A stretch of DNA of 63,079 nucleotides, counting the filler. It is 6 parts of 6 records of this genome, joined end to end, with 100 filler letters (N's around TTAATTAATTAA, not from the genome) between each part and the next. Parts side by side here need not be neighbours in the genome. Positions count along the whole stretch, not along the records: positions 57,007 to 63,079 come from SRR31156797_22841; 5 more parts are not named here. One strand, given 5' to 3'. The position numbers and the translations under genes are program-made. A model generated the notes under the pieces. The model made no database searches. It was not told the origin of the DNA and worked only from the letters and a program-made list of their open reading frames with translations. The number at the start of each line of letters is the position of its first letter. Position 1 is the first letter of the stretch. This document shows, in pieces, positions 61,201 through 63,079 of the stretch.

Positions 61201-63079
61201 TTGGGCCGGGCGGCCTGATAGCGGTGGGCGAGGCTGATGGGGATGTCATTATTCATGATTCATCCGGTGTGAAAGAAGCCTCGGTGCTGAAAGGGCATAA
61301 AGGGCCGGTTCTTTCAATCGATATCAGTCCCGACGGCAAGATGCTTGCTTCGGCATCCACGGACAATACGGTTCGCGTATGGGACGTGGAAGCAAAAGCG
61401 CCCCTGGCTGTGTGCACGGGACACTCGGACGCAGTGAACAAGGTTGTTTTCAGCAAGTCCGGGAAGATTTTCATAACAGGCTCGGATGACGGAACAATTC
61501 GATTTTGGGACATTCAAGACCAAGGAATGCTGGCCCTGATCAAGGCAGGAACGGCGGTTAAGACCCTATCCTATGACAATCGGGCCGGGAATGGCGAACA
61601 ACTGTACATGGCAGGCGCCGACAGCACGGTTTTCAGGCGGAAACTTTACTTGCTCTCACCTGTTCCGGAAAAGAATCTTTTTACACTTTCCCTTTATAAC
61701 TATCCATTTGAACTGGACGCCGGCGATCAACCGGTCTTGATAGAGCCCTGGAGATTTTCCCAGTTAAGGCTTGAAGCAGCGCTTGCCGGGGCGCTAAAAG
61801 GAGCGCCGGAAGGAGGCAAGCCTTTTGCGGGGCTTCTGAAAAATGAAATAGCCCGGGCCCGGAAAAAGATGGAAATCGAGGCCCTGAGGGAGGCGGTGAT
61901 AAATCGGAACGCCGAGCGTGTCGCCAATTTGATTGAAAAAGGAATAGATGCGGACACGGTTTTCATGAACGGACACACGCCGCTGACATTGGCTTTGAAC
62001 AAGGGGTACGGCGATATCACCGCCGTTTTGATAAATAAAGGGGCGGACGTCAATTATATACCCGTCCGAGGCAAAGGGCCTTTGGAAACGGCCATCGGCA
62101 AGGGGCGCGGCGGGGATGTTAACCAATTATTAAAAGCGGGCGCGGATGCCGCCGCCATCTTTGGCCGGGCCTTGGACATGGAGGACCACAAAACAATCAA
62201 TCTCCTTATGAGCAGCGGTCTGGACCCGGATGAAACCGACCACAGAGGGTACACCCGTCTTCACAAGGCTGCCCGGGAAGGAGACGTATCGCGTATAAAA
62301 ATTCTTTTGTCTCTGGGCGTGGATATTGAAAAAAAAGGGCCGGACGGTTCATCGGCCCTCATGTATGCGGTCGGCCGGGGGCATAAAAGCGCGGCTGAAT
62401 TTCTGATCAATAACGGCGCAGACCTGGAGGCAAAAAACAAGCCCGGACAATCGCCCTTGAATCACGCCGCAGCCATGGGACAGGAAGAAATGGTTAAATT
62501 ATTATTGGTAAAAGGGGCGGATCTGTTAAGCACGGACAGACGCGGCCGGACGCCCCTAGTAACCGCGGTTCGTCACGGTCGGACCGATATTATCAAAACC
62601 TTGCTGCTCATCCCGACGCAGGTTAATGTTCTTGACCGTAATGGTTGGAGCCTGCTGATGCATGCGGCCCGGGGAAACAGGATTAAAACAGCACGATACC
62701 TTATTGAGACCGGAGCAGACGTAAACGCTATAAGCCGACGCGGGGATTCCGCTCTTCTTTTGGCCTGTAAATATGGTTCAAAAAATTTGGTCGAATTGCT
62801 CTTAAACAAGGGGGCCGATATTCAGGTCAAAGACGAAAACGGATGGACGCCTTTAATGCACGCGGCAGGAAATGGCGCCCATGAATCGATGCTCCTTTTA
62901 CTCGATAATGGCGGAAATCCTGGCGATAAAACCCGATCTGGAGAAACGCTGCTCATGCTTGCGGCCCGGTCGGGCAGTCTGAAGACTGTTGAAATACTTC
63001 TTCGCAAAGAGGCCCGCCTGGACGAACAAGACCGTTTAGGCTGGACGCCGCTGCATCATGCGGCTGCCGCGGGCAAGGA
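58197..63079 (+). CDS. nSTAND1-type NTPase-TM-WD40-ankyrin protein, at least 1627 aa, 3'-truncated
   Basis: Hand translation with no stop: NPWLGL..FYGRD, Walker A GQSGLGKT (58368), Walker B LVFDQFEE, SLREDF, VELTHD, TM ~59526-59594, WD40 ~59810-61640, ankyrin ~61880-end; ATGA overlap with the upstream stop. Confidence 0.92.
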   Translation, partial: MIESKTGLGAAADIGADNPWLGLTAYTEEASGYFYGRDRETSDTYRLVKRETLTVLFGQSGLGKTSLLNAGLFPRLRQNDFLPVYIRFDYSDDSPDLIKQIKSSIRDHIVLYDVDAPPPNDDETLWEYFHRRETDFWSAKNRLLNLVLVFDQFEEIYTLGRSGELNQQRSRALVSELADLIEGRPSENVRKRFEDDPEAARAFSFEKQNFKVIFSLREDFLPHLESMREQIRSVMRNRLRLTRMNGLQALQAVIEPGGDIIDEATAVRLVLFVAGAAVEFTISGDGEDQLNELEVEPALLSVVCRELNNIRILRGDDFITVDLLAGTKSEILSDFYERSVTDLPAGVRVFTEERLLTKSGYRDSVALEEVLEVEGASYEVVDTLVNRRLLRIEERFGVKRVELTHDILTEVIQTSRDKRREDERLAAETRQAEELRKKLWRARMAVGFFAVLLILMIGALVTAYMARNEAKAALQKVAATKAGTNALAGHNARLRYDWGAALLHYQRSLKQADNLSARIGLSDLLNSYMPQIAKFKTDFPIIAAGFSKRGLPVVFTRGNREINIIDAASWKRTGQIPTHDSTTVAAAYNSDKGLLAYTGAGGTIHVRELGKKESGKVIEGRGPKTTALAFSHDGAFLMVGYADNSAELMQASDGKKIEEYTAFPSPPILLAFSPENDAFAAGFENGDVIYWNIKTGGDEDAFKGHNGKIVSLSFDSSGRKLVSTAEDGRAIVWDCRSRLMVSSFLKDPARGSVVHAGFSNSGLFFVTREKSISVFDYQTEPWTLLTEIGVKPETAGRTVISPGGLLLMSYKPAGAAAVWQTSGLASIRGAFRKVDAKSVSLWGDLCAVISEKGELKIFNLESKSNDGSERKEIFRFTPDSAKTAIEFTAVSRGNDYLAFARSDNAIILWHEPTGDVSLLERQDKQRLSAKGPSYNFTERDKRMAKMARLRDIKPAALAFDPAGARMAAVSEAGTIRIWDLKSRSQSPSIIRRQTTGVRCAAFGPGGLIAVGEADGDVIIHDSSGVKEASVLKGHKGPVLSIDISPDGKMLASASTDNTVRVWDVEAKAPLAVCTGHSDAVNKVVFSKSGKIFITGSDDGTIRFWDIQDQGMLALIKAGTAVKTLSYDNRAGNGEQLYMAGADSTVFRRKLYLLSPVPEKNLFTLSLYNYPFELDAGDQPVLIEPWRFSQLRLEAALAGALKGAPEGGKPFAGLLKNEIARARKKMEIEALREAVINRNAERVANLIEKGIDADTVFMNGHTPLTLALNKGYGDITAVLINKGADVNYIPVRGKGPLETAIGKGRGGDVNQLLKAGADAAAIFGRALDMEDHKTINLLMSSGLDPDETDHRGYTRLHKAAREGDVSRIKILLSLGVDIEKKGPDGSSALMYAVGRGHKSAAEFLINNGADLEAKNKPGQSPLNHAAAMGQEEMVKLLLVKGADLLSTDRRGRTPLVTAVRHGRTDIIKTLLLIPTQVNVLDRNGWSLLMHAARGNRIKTARYLIETGADVNAISRRGDSALLLACKYGSKNLVELLLNKGADIQVKDENGWTPLMHAAGNGAHESMLLLLDNGGNPGDKTRSGETLLMLAARSGSLKTVEILLRKEARLDEQDRLGWTPLHHAAAAGK

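Noticed and set aside
57601-63007. Many 60-170 aa ORFs, mostly minus strand, in the last contig
   Set aside because: Shadows of the TIR gene and the long plus-strand STAND-WD40-ankyrin frame, which carries all the recognisable motifs

Overview
This window is not one locus. It is six contigs joined by artificial 100-nt spacers (44 N + TTAATTAATTAA + 44 N) at 10980, 18688, 29653, 49846 and 56907, and composition and gene content differ enough to suggest several organisms, so linkage across spacers means nothing. (1) 1-10979, very AT-rich diderm: CheY-like regulator, three unannotated small ORFs, a Cache-HAMP chemoreceptor, and a LolCDE-like ABC operon with LolA-like, DUF2141 and outer-membrane genes. 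(2) 11080-18687, ~50% GC: Tat-signal amidase, Ser/Thr dehydratase with divergent MocR regulator, ArsR-flavodoxin, truncated RAYT transposase. (3) 18788-29652, Bacteroidota: fructan PUL (SusC, SusD, a catalytically degenerate GH32, an intact GH32), ketopantoate reductase, MarC. (4) 29753-49845, Clostridia-like housekeeping: malic enzyme, plsX-acpP-rnc, cobUSCT-birA-acpS, two paralogous membrane proteins. (5) 49946-56906, AT-rich: CIRCE-htpG, yitT-marR-elaA, TrxC-like thioredoxin, REP-like palindromes. (6) 57007-63079: the most interesting part. A degenerate SIR2-like + TIR gene is translationally coupled (ATGA) to an ORF of at least 1627 codons that the ORF track misses. It encodes an nSTAND1-type NTPase, one transmembrane helix, about 14 WD40 blades and at least 13 ankyrin repeats, a candidate two-gene membrane-anchored NLR-like immune or signalling system. 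Family names come from motif recognition by eye; no database search was run. No rRNA, tRNA or CRISPR array was seen.
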